In this document: positions 60,888-64,000 of the stretch, piece after piece
Layout: every line of letters begins with the position of its first letter
Position numbering within the stretch: position 1 is the stretch's first letter
Assembly: GCA_039096225.1 (NCBI GenBank)
Contig: JBBPEB010000014.1
Location: forward strand, 558,001 to 622,000
Direction of reading: 5' to 3'
Source: Blastocystis sp. Blastoise
Lineage: Eukaryota; Protista; Bigyra: Opalinata
Length of the DNA stretch: 64,000 nt
The notes under the pieces: generated by a model
The model's database searches: none
What the model was told of the DNA's origin: nothing
The model's input: only the letters and a program-made list of their open reading frames with translations
Position numbers and translations under genes: made by a program

Positions 60888-62729
60888 AAAACACACTTTT
60901 AACAATATTATGTTATAATATATATATATCTATATTTCAAAATATAGATAGAATCTTTATATTATAATTGGACTCAAACATTGAAAGTTCCACGGGAAAT
61001 TATTAAATGGCAAGTATTTCCTTCAGAATGGTATAAAAACATGTTTATGAAAGATTTACTAGTATATATATGAATATGTATATTATACTTATTCTAATCA
61101 TATTAAATATAATAAATATAATAAATATAATAAATATAATAAATATAATAAATATAATAAATATAATAAATATAATAAATATAATAAATAAATATAATAA
61201 ATATAATAAATATAATAAATATAATAAATATAATAAATATAATAAATATAATAAATATAATACTATTCATTATATAAATGTTAATAATAAAATTTATATA
61301 CTATTAATAATTATCTATTTATTTTTTTCTAAATAACATATATATATAGTTAGACACAAAATATGCTGATTTTGAACTATTTCTCTATCAAAATGGATAT
61401 ATTTCAAGACCTAAACATCTGACCTATATACAAGGTATATATTATTAATATACTCATTTTTTCTATATCTCTATTTATTGATCAGAAATGGAGAAACTGA
61501 ATACTCACTTAGAAAATATTGATAATCACGATTATTCTGATGAATATGGTATATGTCTATACTATATATAATAATTCATATTCTTTTATAGCTATACTTC
61601 AATGTATTAAGGATATTAAACAAAAACGAAAAGATGTAATTATTTATTTGTTTTTTAATCATTATATATTTATATATATGTTTATAGATCTATTCAAATT
61701 ACTTTTTATCCATATCAAAACAAATAAAAGAACATAATAATACTTTTGTATATATATATATAACAAATCAATTCTATTAATATTATTTGTATACAGTATA
61801 TATCGTTTCTAACAAAATGTTTGTCTACTTTATGTTTTTATCCATCTATTTATCTTTTTCAAAATGATTCTCACGGTAATATCGACGCACCTCCTTCCTT
61901 GCCTGTAGAAACAACTATATTATCTCAAAATATATCCACAACACAAATCAATCATCAAAACTATACATATAATTTTACATATATCTATAAATATATATAT
62001 CGACAAGATTTTTTAGAGTTATATACATATATTAGAGAATTACTATTATTATGTCCAGTTTCTATTCAAGAAGAACTAGATAATCAAATGAACAATATCC
62101 GCGGGGATCTGAAAGAATGGAAAGACAATATTCAATCTATTATTAACTTGGGAAATAATGTATTTATATTATTTATTATTATTTATTATTATATATAGAT
62201 ATTTATGATATCTCTTCTTTCTTCTTATCTTCATACTACTCAAACAAGTATATATATATATATATAATTAACATTTATATAGTATCAAATAATTATATTA
62301 CTGAAGTATCCAATCTCTTTATCAGCTCTATTCCGTTTCTCTCACCATATCTATATATCTATCTTGTATATATATTATATATAGTTATATCTATTTATTA
62401 GTGTATATATCATTTATATATATATACATATAACCTTGATCATTATCAATTATATATGAATTATAATTCTAGTATAATTGCTTGACTCTTCCATTTTGTC
62501 TTATTCCTTCTATTATTGATTCTCTTGATACTAATACAGATATTCATGGAAATACATGCTTATTCATATCAAATATAAAGAATGAATCTCTCAACTTCGT
62601 TTATAATAGTATATATATATATATTTGTATACTTTATATACATATTAATCATGCATATTTATTTGTTTATAGCTATATCTATTCCCTCAAATTCTTTTTC
62701 AATTTACTCATTTCTTATCTCTGTTCTCG

Positions 62730-62764
<35 letters not shown>

Positions 62765-64000
62765 TTTTTTAATTTTTCTTAAAATAACTTTCATTACAGA
62801 TACATATCCCGTTCTTCTTTTGCAACCTTATTCATGGTTATTTTCTTCATCGCAGAGTATTTCTATTGGTTTCTCACGATTTTTATTTTACTCCTTTTTA
62901 CTTGTTTCTAAACATGAGTCGAAATCATTATATTATTGGAATATAGATCATTATATAAATATATATGGATATATATTTATAAATCAACTACAAACATCTT
63001 TTGTATCTCTTTGTCAATTTTGTGGTATATTGATATCATTTATTATATTATTATTGATTATATTATTTTATTTATATTATTTTTATTATTAATATATAAT
63101 ATCTATTTCTTTATTATTTCTGTAGCTCAGTACATATCATTACTCATAATAAGCTCATCATACAAATCAAGTATATATATAATATCATTATATAATACTC
63201 TATATATTTATTTAGTTATTGATTCTATAAGTCATTTTATTTGTAAACTTATAACAGATTATATATATACAACACAGTCTCCAGCAAAAATTAATAATTT
63301 TCAATATTTCTCCAATTTATTTTATTCATTGTTTCTTATTACATATAATTATCTATTATATTATGAACCCTATATAACAAATTCATTATCTTCTTCTTCA
63401 ATAGACGTCTCTATATCTTTACAACAATTTCCATCAATTTCCCATGATTATGAAGAATTATTAAATACATACTTGTGTTCTTCATCATTTGAAAATATAG
63501 ATTCTTTTCTTATAGCACATCCACTGTCATCTTCTTCTTCATCTTCTTCATCTTCTTCTCATTCCATATTACAATCTCTACATACTCTATATATTTCTTT
63601 CTTTTCAACGCTTTTCTCATCGTTTCCTTATTTTTCAGACATATCAATAAAATCTCTTCCCTCTTCATATATAAAACTCATTATATATATTTCACAATAT
63701 CAGTATTTATCGTCAAATATCACTTCTTCATTCTATCTACCTCTTTATCTATATTTATCTTCTTCATTACCATTATCATTATCAGATAATAAGAATACAT
63801 ATAAACCTATGAATAACGATAACATAAATAATAATATTAATAACGATATTCCAGAGTCTAATACAATATCTAATCAAATAGATAATTCATCTAATAATCA
63901 TAATAATAGTATACATAATGATTGTATAGAACTAATAGATTCATTCAGTCATGATTTGTTATATTCTATTTCTCATTCAGAATCAATATCTTCTATTAAT
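58840..64000 (+). CDS. Hypothetical protein with many short introns; runs off the window
   Basis: Starts MKRVQQDSCDIFEE; numerous short exons bounded by GTAT...TAG. No recognisable domain. Confidence 0.65.
61105..61261. repeat. (AATAAATAT)n 9-bp intronic tandem repeat
   Basis: Direct observation. Confidence 0.9.

Overview
Extremely AT-rich, intron-rich eukaryotic (protist-like) DNA; introns are mostly GTAT...(TA)n...ATAG. Host genes: a large hypothetical gene, a CoA-type Nudix hydrolase, an AcpS-type phosphopantetheinyl transferase, a hypothetical gene, an Asn/Ser-rich protein with an N-terminal AP2-like motif, fimbrin/plastin, SAP18, xylose isomerase, a TLDc protein and a final multi-exon hypothetical gene. 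About 33 kb (52%) lies in two nested transposon complexes whose ends can be read to the base. (1) A pogo-type DD35D element (6444-25904; 154-bp TIRs, TA duplication) sits 10 bp upstream of acpS. Its transposase is split near codon 8-11 by a 17,406-bp insertion (8117-25522) with a 9-bp target duplication and 30-bp-phased terminal motifs. This insertion has no recognisable transposase but carries two covarying, non-canonical tRNA-like cloverleaves, two oppositely oriented GAA/TTC tracts and modular repeats. (2) A 13,868-bp CACTA/EnSpm-type element (41420-55287; CACTG TIRs, GTC duplication) with an apparently intact ~1024-aa transposase and a nested 97-bp MITE splits an otherwise intact 438-aa xylose isomerase gene at codon 16. 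All alignments, translations and folds were done by eye; no database searches were run.
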